Origin: an uncultured virus (IMG/VR IMGVR_UViG_3300006217_001617)
Lineage: Duplodnaviria > Heunggongvirae > Uroviricota > Caudoviricetes
Virus record (IMG/VR): IMGVR_UViG_3300006217_001617
Direction: 5' to 3' (one strand)
Length of the DNA: 64,000 bases
Positions 43,576 to 54,103 of this stretch are shown here, in pieces; position 1 is the stretch's first letter; the number at the start of each line of letters is the position of its first letter. The notes beneath the pieces were generated by a model. It did not search any database. It had not been told where the DNA came from and saw only the letters and a list, made by a program, of their open reading frames with translations. The position numbers and the translations under genes are program-made.

Positions 43576-46500
43576 GATAACGCCGTTGACATCCGTGGTG
43601 TAATCGCCTTCCGGGTAAGGATTGCCGTTACACCCTTGAATCTTGAACTTTACGCCATCAATCGGTTCGCGGGTAACGCTGTCAATTTTCTTAATTATCA
43701 GGCATCCTTTCTTCGTGTTTGTGAACGTAAGAGTCTGCTGATCGTTCGCTTCCACAACCACAGTCTGCGGGGCTGCGTCCAGCACATAATCTTCGAGTGT
43801 GCGCACCTCTGTTACCGTATAAGTACCCGGTTTCAGATGCGAAATCTCAATCTGACCGGCTTCGTCGGTGACATAAATGCCGTTTGTGGAGGTCATGCCC
43901 TCATTGTCGGCAACCAGCTCACCATTTGCGGTTGTAATCTTGAATTCGACGCCTGTAAGCGGTTCGCCAGTCTGGCTATCCTTTTTCACAATCAGGAGAC
44001 CGCCTTTCGGGGCATTGAACACATCGAGGATGTAAGTCTGGTGATCTTTGATCGTGATGGTTTTCGGCGTATCATCAAGGAGATACCCCGGCTTCGCCTG
44101 CACCTCGGTAATGATGTAGCTGCCGGGTTCGAGATTCGGAAGGGAAATGTAACCTTGCTCGTCCGTCCGGAACTCGCTGTTAGTCGTGCCAACCGTTGTC
44201 CCATCTGCATGAATGATACGGAAAATAACATCCGAAAGCGGCTCTTTGGTCTTAGAATCCATCTTTTTCAAGAGGAGACCGCCAAGCGGTTCGTTTTCAA
44301 AAGTCAGCTTTCTGGTCTTTCCTGCTTCGACGTTGACGGTCTGAACAGTGCTGTCGAGACGGTATCCGTCCTTGGTCTGCCGCTCCACCACGGTATAATC
44401 GCCGCTCGGAAGGTGGTTGATCTGGATTACACCATTGCCGTCAGTCGTGAACTCGCCACCCTGATAGATGTTGCCATTGCAGCCCTTGATTTCAAATTTC
44501 ACGCCGGAAAGAGGTTCTTTGGTAACGCTGTCCACCTTTTCGATGAGCAGGCAGCCCTTTTTCGTGTTCGTAAAGGTCAGCACCTGCATATCGTTGGCTT
44601 CCACGACTACTGTCTGCGGAGGTGCATCCAAAATGTAGTCCTCCAGCGTGCGCGTTTCTGTTACCAGATATGCCCCCGGTTTTAGCTGCTTGATTACAAT
44701 CTCACCGTCCGCATTCGTCCTGTAAATGCCGTTTGTGGAGGTCTGGCCTTCATCATTCGGCACAAGCTCGCCGTTTGCAGTGGTGATCTTGAACTCGACA
44801 CCTTCCAGCGGTTCGCCGGTCTGCGAGTCCTTTTTAACGACGACAAGCGCCCCTTTCGGCTGATTAAAGAACTCGATTGTGTATGTCCGGTGGTTCTTAA
44901 TATCAATCGTTTTAGGAGTGTTATCGAGCAAATATCCAGGCTTCGCCTGTATCTCCTGAATCACGTAGCTGCCGGGTTCGATATCCGGAATCGAGATGAA
45001 TCCCTGCTCGTCCGTGTGGTATTCACCATTGGATTCGCCGAACACTGTGCCGTCCGAGCGCGTGATTTTGAACAGTACGTCGCTGAGCGGTTCCTTGGTT
45101 TTGGAGTCCATTTTCTTGACAATCAGACCGCCAAGAGGCTCGTTATCAAAGGTGACTTCCTTGGTCTTGCCAGCTTCAATATTGACCGTATGGACGGTAT
45201 TATCGAGACGATACCCGTTTTTAGCCTGCGTTTCCGTAACGGCATAATCTCCGCTTGGAAGGTGATCGATCCGAATCACGCCATTGCTGTCGGTCGTGAA
45301 GCTTCCTTCAGGATAGGGATTGCCGTTGCATCCCCTGATTTCAAACCGAACATCTGCCAGCGGCTCGTGAGTTACACTGTCAATTTTCTTAATTATCAGG
45401 CATCCTTTCTTCGTATTTGTGAACGTCAGAACCTGCATATCGTTGGCTTCGATTACCACCGTCTGCGGCGGAGCATCCAGCACATAATTGTCCAGAGTTT
45501 TTGTCTCCGTAACGGTATATGCACCTGGCTTTAGCTTGTTGATGACGAATTCCCCGTTCTCGTCGGTGCGATAAATGCCGTTTGAAGAGGTCTGCCCTTC
45601 GTTATTCGGGACAAATTCACCGCTTGCAGTCGTTACTTTGAATTCCACGCCTTCGAGCGGTTCGCCGGTTTGGCTGTCCTTCTTAACGACAACCAGATTT
45701 CCCTTCGGCTGATTGAACAGCTCAAGGACGTAGGTCTGGTGATCCTTAATCGTGATTACCTGTGGGCTGTCGTCCAGAAGGTAACCCGGTTTTGCTTTCA
45801 CTTCCTTGACTATATAGCTTCCTTGAGCAAGATCTGTCAGCGTGATATAGCCATTTTCATCGGTTCGATACTGGCTGTTCGTCGTGCCGACAACTGTACC
45901 ATCCGCGTGAGTAATTTCAAAGATCACATCCGAAAGCGGCTCTTTCGTGACGGAATCCATTTTCTTAATCAGGAGTCCGCCAAGCGGCTTATTTTCGAAT
46001 GTCAGCTTGCGGGTTTTCCCGGCTTCGACGTTTACGATCTGCGCGGTACTATCCAGCTGATAGCCGTCCTTCGCCTGCTTTTCAATAATCGTATAATCGC
46101 CACTCGTAATGTGGTCAATTTGAATCAGACCGTTTCCATCCGTCGTGTAGATATCGGCGGGATAGGCGTTTCCGTTGCAGCCGCGCACCTCGAATTTCAC
46201 GCCGGAAAGCGGTGCTTTCGTAACACTATCGACCTTTTCAATGACGAGACAGCCCTTCTTCGTGTTCGTAAACGTCAGGAGCTGCATATCGTTTTCTTCA
46301 ACTACAACCGTCTGCGGAGTGGTGTCCAGCATGTAGTCGTCCAGCGTGCGCACCTCCGTCACGACATATGCGCCCGGTTTTAACTTGGAAACAACGATTT
46401 CGCCATTAGAATCGGTACGGTAAATGCCGTTTGTCGAAGTCATGCCGCCATTATTCGGCACAAGTTCGCCGTTTGCAGTCGTGATTTTGAACTCAACACC

Positions 46501-49500
46501 TTCCAACGGCTCGCCGGTCTGTGCGTCCTTTTTGACGATAACCAGCGCCCCTTTCGGTTTGTTAAAAAACTCAAGCGTATACGTCTTATGGTCGCGAATT
46601 TCAATGGTTTTCGGCGTATTATCGACCAGATAGCCTGGTTTTGCCTGCACTTCCTGCACCGTGTAGCTCCCCGGCGCAAGCTCCGGAATCGAAATGAAAC
46701 CGCGCTCGTCGGTGCGGTACTCGCCGTTCGACTCGCCAACAACGGAACCGTCCGTGCGCGTGACCTTAAAAATCACCTCGCTGAGCGGTTCCTTCGTGAC
46801 GGAATCCATCTTTTTGATGAGAAGTCCGCCAAGCGGCTTGTTTTCGATGGTGACTTCCTTGGTTTTTCCAGCTGTAACGTTGACCGTGCGGGGACTGCTG
46901 TCCAGCTGGTAGCCGTCTTTCGTCTGCGTTTCAACAATCACATAGTCGCCGCTTGGAATGTGGTCGAGCCGGATCAGTCCGTGGCTGTCGGTCGTGACGG
47001 TTTCCTCAGCATAAGCGTTGCCATTGCTGCCCCTGATTTCAAAGCGGACACCGGAAATCGGCTCATGCGTGACGCTGTCCACTTTGGAGATAACAAGTGA
47101 TCCTTTCCTAGTATTTGTGAAAGTCAGCGTCTGAACATCGTTTGGCTTCACGGCAACCGTCTGCGGCGGCGCGTCCAGCACATAATCGGGAAGGGTTTTA
47201 ACTTCAGAAACGATATATGTGTCCGGTTTCAGCTTGGAAATGAAGATTTCGCCTTTAGAATCCGTCCGGTAGATACCGTTTGAGGTGATCAGACCCTCGT
47301 TGCTGTCCACAACCTCACCGGTCGAAGTCGTTACCTTGAACTCGACGCCTTCCAGCGGTTCTCCTGTTTGACTGTCCTTTTTGACAATCAGAAGTCCGCT
47401 TTTCGGCTGGTTCACGACCTCTAAAACGTAGGTTTGGTGATCCTTGATAGTTACCGTTTTCGGCGTGTCGTCAAGCAAAAATCCAGATTTCGCCTGCACC
47501 TCTTTAACGATGTATGTGCCAGGTTCAAGATCGGGAATTGAGATATAGCCTTCGGAATTCGTCCTGAACTGCCCGTTGGAAATGCCAATCGAGGTTCCGT
47601 CCGCATGGGTCACGCTGAACAACACGTCGGGGATCGGTTCCTTCGTCGTCGCCGACATCTTTTTGATCAGCAGACCACCGAGCGGTTCGTTCTCAAAAGT
47701 TATCTCTTTGCAAGCTCCCGCTTCGACCTTTACGATCTGCGCGGTATCATCCAAACAGTAGCCGTCCTTTGCCTGCGTTTCCACGATGGAATAACATCCG
47801 CTGGGAATATGCGCCAGCTTGAACGTACCGTTTGAGTCCGTTGTGTAGGTTCCTGCGGGGTAATCGCAGCCGTTACAGCCTTTAACCTCGAACTGCACGC
47901 CGGAAAGCGGTGCATGGGTTACGCTGTCAATTTTCTTGACTAAAAGACAGCCCTTCGGCGTGTTCGTGAAGGTGATTGTCTGGGTGTCGTTTGCGTTGAC
48001 AACCACCGTTTGCGGCGCTGCATCCAGCACATAATCCGGAAGTGTTTTCGTTTCAGTAATAATATATGTGCTGGGTTTTAATTTTGAAATTTCGATAACG
48101 CCGTTCGAGTCGGTCTTGTAGATACCGTTCGAGGACGTTACGCCCTCGTTGCTGTCTACTACTTCGCCGGTCGAAGTCGTTATCTTAAACTCAACGCCTT
48201 TCAAAGGTTCTCCCGTAATGCTGTCTTTTTTAATAACGACGAGACCGCCTTTCGGCTGGTTGAAAAATTCGAGGGAATAGGTGCGGTGGTCCTTAATCTC
48301 GATGTGCTTCGGCGTATCGTCGAGCAAAAATCCGGGCTTTGCCTTGACTTCTTGCACCACATAACCTCCCGGTTCCAAATCGGGAATCATGATGAAACCT
48401 CGCTCATCCGTCCGATATTCGCCGTTGGAAGTCCCGACGACCGTGCCGTCCGTTCTGGTAACCTTGAAAATCACATCGGAAAGCGGCTCCTTGGTCACGG
48501 AATTCATCTTTTTCAGCAGAAGTCCGCCTAAAGGCTCGTTTTCGATGGTAATTTTTGCGGTTTTACCGGCTTCGACCTTCGCAACACGGCTGTTGTTCTC
48601 AAAGCGATAACCGTCCGGCGCACGCTTCTCCTCAATCGTGTAGTCGCCGCTGGTCAGGTCTTGCAGAAGGATTTGACCGCTGCTGTTGGTTGTGAACGAA
48701 GTCGCGGGAAAGTTGCTGCCCTTGATTTCAAAAGTTGCGCCCTGAAGTGGGCTGCGCGTCACGCTGTCGATTTTTTCAATCAGCAGCTTACCCTTCGGCG
48801 TGTTCAAAAAAGTCAGCGTTTGTGCATCGTTTGCCGACACAACAACGGTCTGGGAAGCTGTATCAAGTTCGTATCCGTCGACTGTCTTTGTTTCGGAAAC
48901 GATATATGTCCCTGGAGTGAGCTTCAAAAGCACAATCTGGCCGTTTGCATTGGTTTTATACATTCCATTTGTGCTTGTAAGCCCTTCATTGTCAGGGACA
49001 AGTTCGCCGCTGGCAGTCGTGATTTTGAATTCGGCACCCGGCAGGGGCTTTCCCGTAATGCTGTCTTTTTTGACAACAATCAGGCTTCCCTTCGGTTGGT
49101 TCCGAAATTCGAGTGTCATTGTCTCGTTAGCCTTGATTTTAATCGTCTGCGGCACGTCGTCGAGGACATATCCGGAACGTGTGCGGGTTTCCTTCGCGAT
49201 CACGGTCATGCCGGGTTCGAGACCGTCAACATGGATCGTGCCGGAGCTGTCGGTCACATACTTGCCATTTGAGTTTCCGATCACATTGCCGTCGCTGCCG
49301 GTCAGCTGAAACTCAACATCAGACAGCGGCTTACCGGTCGCAGCGTCTTTCTTGACGATGAGCAGGCTGCCCTTTTTATCGTTTCCAAAAGTTATGGTAA
49401 TGACATCCTGCTCTTTGCCAGAAAGGTACACCGTCTGCGCGGAATCGTTGATGACATAGCCTTCCGGCGCGGAAACCTCCTCGATCACATAAGTACCAGC

Positions 49501-52500
49501 TTTTAAACCGGTTTTTACAATCGTGCCGTTGCTGCTGGTCATATACTCGCCGATGGTCGTGCCGCCTGTACCAGAAGTGCCGCCGAGGTAGCGAATACGA
49601 AACCACGCACCCTCCAAAACTTTTCCAGAATCTGCATCGACCTTCTTAATGACAATCGCACTCAGCGGAACATTTTCAAAGGTGAAGGTCTTGTGGCCAC
49701 CTGCCTTGATGTAGGCTTCCTGCGTCGCGGGCTGCTTGATGGAATAGCCTGCGGGCGCTTCCAGCTCGGTGACTTTGTACCAGCCATCCTGCACCTTATC
49801 GAGCTTAATCTGTCCGTTTGCGTCTGTAAAATAGTCGCCAAGGTCATTGATTTCGCCCGTTGCGGTATTGTTGCTGGCATAGGTGATGTGGAACTTTGCA
49901 CCCTTTAACGGGTCGCCGGTCACGCTGTCTACCTTCTGAATCAGGAGCGAAGGCTTCGGATAATTGTAGAAGCGAACAATCCCTGTTTCGTTCGGAACAA
50001 GCGTAATCAGCTGCGGTTTTTCATCAATCAGGTAGCCTTCTGGGACTTTCTTTTCGCTCACCTGATATACCCCAGGTTTCAAATCATTGACTGTAACGGT
50101 TCCGTCCGCGCCCGTAATAACTGTCGTAAGCGTTGACGAGTCTGCTTCGTTAATCGTGAAGGTTACGCCGGGGAGCGGCTTGCCTGTAACCGCATCCGTT
50201 TTTACAATCTTTAGATTAGGCTTTCGGTAGTTGTTGACAACCAGCTTCGAGCCTTTTCCGGGGAACAGTTCAACGTGGTACTCGAGCGTGTTTTTTACAT
50301 AGTGGGCAGGCTCGGCCTGCTCGACTACGGTGTAAACGCCCGGCTCCAGATTCTCAATCAGAATACGGCCATTTTCATCCGTTACCCGGTCAAGATAGTG
50401 CGTTCCGTCCTCAATCTTCGCAATTTTGAAAGTCGCTCCGGGGATGTAAACATCGTTATCCGGGTCGTATTTCAGAATTTCCAGCCACGGTTTTTTCGTG
50501 TTTGTGAACACAAAACGCGCAGTTTCATCTGGATTCAGTTGGATAGTCCGGACGGCATCATCGATCAGATAGCCGTCGATAGTCAACAGCTCCCGCACCT
50601 GATATGCGCCCGGTTCCAGCTTGGAAAGATCAATCTCGCCCTTTGCATCGGTGGTATATTCTTTTGAGAACGTGCCGCCAATCTGCGATATCAAAAACTT
50701 GACATTCGGCATGGGCTTAAGGCTTTCGGAATCGATTTTGACGAGGTACATACCGGGCTTCAGCTGATTCATGAACACAAGCTCCGGCACCTCAGTCTGG
50801 CCGACCTGCAGCTCGATCTGTTGTGGCGTAGAATTTACCACATGCTCCGCATCGGACGCAACCTCTTTTACCATGTAGGTTCCGGGCTTCAGTCCGGTCA
50901 GATTAATCTCGCCGTTCGTATCGGTCTGCTTGCGCCCAAGGGAAACAGCATTGCAAAAAATCTCAAATGTGATACCGGACAGCCGCTTATTGCTCTGCTG
51001 GTCAAACTTAATGATTTTCAGCTTTAACTCTGCGTAATCCTTCATTTCAACCGGAATAATACGTTCTCCGGACGCCATTTCATTCGGGTTGATGTACTGC
51101 GTTACGATTTCGTCCGTCTTCAGGTAGCCCTCCGGAGCCTGCTTCTCTTTGAACGTGTACGTACCTTCAACCAATTCTGTAATTGTGAACGTGCCGTCTT
51201 CCTGCGTCTCATAGTCGCCGATCCGCTGGTTGTTGCGGCTAACCTCAATGATTGCACCCTTGAGGGTTTCACCAGTCACCGCGTCGCGCTTCACAAACAG
51301 AATTGAGGGTTTCCGGTGGTTCTGGAACGTCAGCGTAATTGGAGTCGCTTTGCCGTCCCAGGAGAAGGTTTGCACCGGATTCGGGTCTTTCTCGTAACCT
51401 GGAGGCGAGGTGATTTCGGTTGCCTTCCAGCCACCCTTTTTGTCGGCGGGAAGCTCGATCGTTGCAAGCCCGTCGCCTAGCGTCGTGACCGTGCTCTTGA
51501 AGCCGGACTCGATGTGCTCGACTTCAATCGTGCAGTCCGCAAGAGTTTCGCCGGTGTCAGCATCGACCTTCTTAATAATCAGCTCGCCGGGTTCCTCCGG
51601 TTCGTCTGGGTCATCAGGATCATCGGGATCGTCCGGGTCATCCGGGTCAGGAACATCGACATTTCCCCACTTGATAGGCAAATGATTTTCTGTATCCTGC
51701 CACTGCGGTCCGCTAATCAGGTATTTCTGATAATCTTCACTGTTTTCATAACCACTTGCACGGCCCACAAAAATTTCAAAGGATTCAACAGTCGCGGAAA
51801 CGTCAACATTGAAAGCATAATCGGTTTCTGCTTCCGCCGCTTCTTTCGGTACCCAGACTTTCACAACTGAATAATATTCGGAGCCGTTCACGTTCGCATC
51901 GGTTGTCTGGACAATCGGTTTTGTCGAAATCGGTGTGCCATTGTACGGCTCCGGATCGGCAGGGCTGGAATGGTTCTCATCCTTGACGATCTGGAGTAAA
52001 GTACCCGGAAGGTAATCGGAAAGACCGATCTTTAATGCATTGCTCTGGCAGAATGAAGCCGACGCAGCCTTGATTTCCTGCGTGTAATATTCCTCACCAT
52101 CGTGGGTTTCGGTTGCTTCCGCATTCAGCTCACTGCCGCTGCTGGGCGACCAGTCAATCACACCATTTTGAGAGTGTCCAGGGCCATGCCGCAGATACAT
52201 TCCGACATAATAGTTATGATTGATGGTGTTGGCATAATTGAGCAGTGCCTTGACTGCCGCCATTACACGCGCACCTTCTGTACTGTGTGAGGATGAAATT
52301 TGAATTGCGTTGCCGCTGGTGAATGCCGTGCCGCTGACGCTCAGCTGACCAAGCGCCGCCCACATTGCGGTTTGGGTCGCATAGCGATATTCATCCTCTG
52401 TCAAATCACGGGGAACAGCGGGAAACTGGTTCAGAAACGACTGTAAAGTGAGACGCCCGCTGCCGCGCATAATGACACCCACAGCTTTAGGGTTTTGCGT

Positions 52501-52821
52501 ATAGCCGCTGCCCGCATCCAGCTTGTAGGTATGGCGGTTTGTAGAGGGTGCTACTTCATGAATGCCGTGTTTGCCGTGATTCATACAATATGCCTGGAAT
52601 TTCTCCCCATTTTCGTCCGCGTAGCATTCGTGGATGGGCAAATTTACCCAGGAACCGCCCTTTTGCTCACGAAAATAACTTTGCTTGTCATTTTCAAAAA
52701 CTAAGGTTACTGAGTCTCCGCCGGTGAATGCAGCCGCCTGCGGAAGCTCTCCCGCGAATGAGCTGAACACCGTTGCTGCCGCCAAAACAGAAGACAGCAG
52801 GCGCTTCAATTTGTGCTTCAT
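43549..52821 (-). CDS. 5' fragment (3090 aa) of the giant thioester-domain/SpaA-repeat surface adhesin
   Basis: Signal peptide; YCM...TQTAMW thioester-domain signature; DPD linker; many SpaA/CnaB-like repeats; truncated at att. Confidence 0.92.
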   Translation of the reverse strand: MKHKLKRLLSSVLAAATVFSSFAGELPQAAAFTGGDSVTLVFENDKQSYFREQKGGSWVNLPIHECYADENGEKFQAYCMNHGKHGIHEVAPSTNRHTYKLDAGSGYTQNPKAVGVIMRGSGRLTLQSFLNQFPAVPRDLTEDEYRYATQTAMWAALGQLSVSGTAFTSGNAIQISSSHSTEGARVMAAVKALLNYANTINHNYYVGMYLRHGPGHSQNGVIDWSPSSGSELNAEATETHDGEEYYTQEIKAASASFCQSNALKIGLSDYLPGTLLQIVKDENHSSPADPEPYNGTPISTKPIVQTTDANVNGSEYYSVVKVWVPKEAAEAETDYAFNVDVSATVESFEIFVGRASGYENSEDYQKYLISGPQWQDTENHLPIKWGNVDVPDPDDPDDPDDPDDPDEPEEPGELIIKKVDADTGETLADCTIEVEHIESGFKSTVTTLGDGLATIELPADKKGGWKATEITSPPGYEKDPNPVQTFSWDGKATPITLTFQNHRKPSILFVKRDAVTGETLKGAIIEVSRNNQRIGDYETQEDGTFTITELVEGTYTFKEKQAPEGYLKTDEIVTQYINPNEMASGERIIPVEMKDYAELKLKIIKFDQQSNKRLSGITFEIFCNAVSLGRKQTDTNGEINLTGLKPGTYMVKEVASDAEHVVNSTPQQIELQVGQTEVPELVFMNQLKPGMYLVKIDSESLKPMPNVKFLISQIGGTFSKEYTTDAKGEIDLSKLEPGAYQVRELLTIDGYLIDDAVRTIQLNPDETARFVFTNTKKPWLEILKYDPDNDVYIPGATFKIAKIEDGTHYLDRVTDENGRILIENLEPGVYTVVEQAEPAHYVKNTLEYHVELFPGKGSKLVVNNYRKPNLKIVKTDAVTGKPLPGVTFTINEADSSTLTTVITGADGTVTVNDLKPGVYQVSEKKVPEGYLIDEKPQLITLVPNETGIVRFYNYPKPSLLIQKVDSVTGDPLKGAKFHITYASNNTATGEINDLGDYFTDANGQIKLDKVQDGWYKVTELEAPAGYSIKQPATQEAYIKAGGHKTFTFENVPLSAIVIKKVDADSGKVLEGAWFRIRYLGGTSGTGGTTIGEYMTSSNGTIVKTGLKAGTYVIEEVSAPEGYVINDSAQTVYLSGKEQDVITITFGNDKKGSLLIVKKDAATGKPLSDVEFQLTGSDGNVIGNSNGKYVTDSSGTIHVDGLEPGMTVIAKETRTRSGYVLDDVPQTIKIKANETMTLEFRNQPKGSLIVVKKDSITGKPLPGAEFKITTASGELVPDNEGLTSTNGMYKTNANGQIVLLKLTPGTYIVSETKTVDGYELDTASQTVVVSANDAQTLTFLNTPKGKLLIEKIDSVTRSPLQGATFEIKGSNFPATSFTTNSSGQILLQDLTSGDYTIEEKRAPDGYRFENNSRVAKVEAGKTAKITIENEPLGGLLLKKMNSVTKEPLSDVIFKVTRTDGTVVGTSNGEYRTDERGFIMIPDLEPGGYVVQEVKAKPGFLLDDTPKHIEIKDHRTYSLEFFNQPKGGLVVIKKDSITGEPLKGVEFKITTSTGEVVDSNEGVTSSNGIYKTDSNGVIEISKLKPSTYIITETKTLPDYVLDAAPQTVVVNANDTQTITFTNTPKGCLLVKKIDSVTHAPLSGVQFEVKGCNGCDYPAGTYTTDSNGTFKLAHIPSGCYSIVETQAKDGYCLDDTAQIVKVEAGACKEITFENEPLGGLLIKKMSATTKEPIPDVLFSVTHADGTSIGISNGQFRTNSEGYISIPDLEPGTYIVKEVQAKSGFLLDDTPKTVTIKDHQTYVLEVVNQPKSGLLIVKKDSQTGEPLEGVEFKVTTSTGEVVDSNEGLITSNGIYRTDSKGEIFISKLKPDTYIVSEVKTLPDYVLDAPPQTVAVKPNDVQTLTFTNTRKGSLVISKVDSVTHEPISGVRFEIRGSNGNAYAEETVTTDSHGLIRLDHIPSGDYVIVETQTKDGYQLDSSPRTVNVTAGKTKEVTIENKPLGGLLIKKMDSVTKEPLSEVIFKVTRTDGSVVGESNGEYRTDERGFISIPELAPGSYTVQEVQAKPGYLVDNTPKTIEIRDHKTYTLEFFNKPKGALVIVKKDAQTGEPLEGVEFKITTANGELVPNNGGMTSTNGIYRTDSNGEIVVSKLKPGAYVVTEVRTLDDYMLDTTPQTVVVEENDMQLLTFTNTKKGCLVIEKVDSVTKAPLSGVKFEVRGCNGNAYPADIYTTDGNGLIQIDHITSGDYTIIEKQAKDGYQLDSTAQIVNVEAGKTRKLTFENKPLGGLLIKKMDSVTKEPLSDVIFEITHADGTVVGTTNSQYRTDENGYITLTDLAQGSYIVKEVKAKPGYLLDDSPQVITIKDHQTYVLELFNQPKGNLVVVKKDSQTGEPLEGVEFKVTTASGEFVPNNEGQTSSNGIYRTDENGEFVINKLKPGAYTVTETKTLDNYVLDAPPQTVVIEANDMQVLTFTNTKKGCLIIKKIDSVTHEPLADVRFEIRGCNGNPYPEGSFTTDSNGVIRIDHLPSGDYAVTETQAKNGYRLDNTVHTVNIEAGKTKEVTFDNEPLGGLIVKKMDSKTKEPLSDVLFKITRSDGTVFGESNGEYHTDEQGFISIPDIEPGSYVIQEIQAKPGYLLDNTPKTIDIKNHRTYTIEFFNQPKGALVVVKKDSQTGEPLEGVEFKITTANGELVPNDEGQTSTNGIYRTNADGEIVIKQLKPGAYLVTETRTLEDYILDAPPQTVVVEANDMQVLTFTNTKKGCLLIEKVDSVTKEPLSGVKFEIKGCNGNIYQGGEFTTDGNGVIQINHLPSGDYTVVERQTKDGYRLDSTVQTVNVEAGKTRKLTFENEPLGGLLLKKMDSKTKEPLSDVIFRIIHADGTTVGTTNSEFRTDEQGYISLPNLEPGSYIITEVQAKPGYLLDDTPKTITIKDHQTYILDVFNAPKGGLLIVKKDSQTGEPLTGVEFKITTANGELVADNEGMTSTNGIYVTDEAGQIEISHLKPGTYTVTEVRTLEDYVLDAAPQTVVVEANDQQTLTFTNTKKGCLIIKKIDSVTREPIDGVKFKIQGCNGNPYPEGDYTTDVNGVIRLDHLPEG
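43556..49300 (-). repeat. 849-bp (283-aa, three-domain) tandem super-repeat, continuing at ~4200-5464
   Basis: Equivalent positions at 43556, 44405, 45254, 46103, 46952, 47801, 48650 and at 5460, 4611. Confidence 0.9.
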
Positions 52822-52895
52822 AAGCTCTCCTTTCTGAAAGTCGCGTACAAAAAGCCACCGGATTTCTCCGATGGCCTTCTGTGCTATCTTTATAC

Positions 52896-53975
52896 TTACT
52901 TTGTTGAACCGGGTTGCAACACCTCCTTTACAAAGTTTATCTCATCGAGGCCGTCCGGTTTCATTTTCGGATGCTCCTGCTGAAACCAGTTGGCTTCGTT
53001 ATGAGACGTGTCATAGTGCGTCAAATCGACCGTCAGCCATTCGCCATCGCAGCAGACAATATTCCATGCGTGGTTGCCTGCGGCGCTGCCTACTGTCAGC
53101 ACATCCAACCCTGCCGTGCGTCCCATCCTCTGGAATGCCGCCGCATATCCTGAGCAGACGGCCTTACCGCCGCTCTCCATCGCTTTGCTCCATGAGTTAA
53201 TGTTTCTGTCGTAGGCATATTCTAACCGATCACAAATCGTTTCAGCAAGGTACTCGGCTCTTTCACGGTCGCTGCTGTATTCTTTTGCCGTTTCAATGAT
53301 TTCTTGTATGTAAGGCCATTTCAAGTCATCATCGGTGCGCGGATAAGCGTACACATATGGGAAATTTTCCGTGATTTGATAGTTATAGGACACACCGCCA
53401 AGTTCGCTGCAAATATTTTTCATTTTCTCCGTTATGGCTGTTCCGCTGGGCAATCGCACTGCAAGCAGTTCGTCACCCACACGGAAATCCCGGTCGAAGG
53501 CTGCTGCCATTTCTTTTGCATTCAAGTATGCGTGCCGTGCGGAGTTATAGAACTCGCGCGGCAGGTCTGCGGTGAAAATTGCGGGGTTCGCATCCTGCGA
53601 GTAGTCCCTGCCGCCGTTCCGCGACGGCGGCGTTACGGTGGGCTGTGCGGGTGCTACAGCCGTAGGCTGGGGTGCTGTCGCAGTGATCGGGAGCGTCGCA
53701 ACGGCGGGCCGTACCGCCTGCTGTGCGCCGATGCTGATCTGCACACTGTCCGTTCTGGAGTCGTATTCCACTCCAAATCCAACTGCCTGTCCAATATCGC
53801 GAAGCCGCATGTAATTGTTGCCCGAGATTGCGTATGCAGTGCAGTAGATTGGTCTGCCGTTCACATAAATGCTCTGCATGGACGGCTGCGCCATCAGCCC
53901 TGCGGCGGCTGCTCCTGTCCCTCCGAACGCGATTGCGCCTGTTACCATTCCGGCAATAAATTCCTTCTTCAACAT
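52896..53975 (-). CDS. Secreted protein with transglutaminase-like (Cys-His-Asp) domain
   Basis: Signal peptide; GNNYMRLRDI...GF.V.YD (copper-amine-oxidase-N-like) domain; AVCSGYA, NHAWN, VDLT motifs. Confidence 0.8.
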   Translation of the reverse strand: MLKKEFIAGMVTGAIAFGGTGAAAAGLMAQPSMQSIYVNGRPIYCTAYAISGNNYMRLRDIGQAVGFGVEYDSRTDSVQISIGAQQAVRPAVATLPITATAPQPTAVAPAQPTVTPPSRNGGRDYSQDANPAIFTADLPREFYNSARHAYLNAKEMAAAFDRDFRVGDELLAVRLPSGTAITEKMKNICSELGGVSYNYQITENFPYVYAYPRTDDDLKWPYIQEIIETAKEYSSDRERAEYLAETICDRLEYAYDRNINSWSKAMESGGKAVCSGYAAAFQRMGRTAGLDVLTVGSAAGNHAWNIVCCDGEWLTVDLTHYDTSHNEANWFQQEHPKMKPDGLDEINFVKEVLQPGSTK

Positions 53976-54103
53976 GATTTCGTCCTCCTTTTTTGATATC
54001 GTATCATAAGGTTTTTACAAGTACATGATACCGAAGAAAGCATCACAAGTCGAGAAGAATTAGTAGCCGGAATGGAGAAGTTCAGGGCAGAAAAGCAAGC
54101 ATA

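Noticed and set aside
51595..51655. DPDDPDDPD repeat as a phase-variable tract
   Set aside because: It is an in-frame 9-bp unit with synonymous variation, i.e. an ordinary linker.
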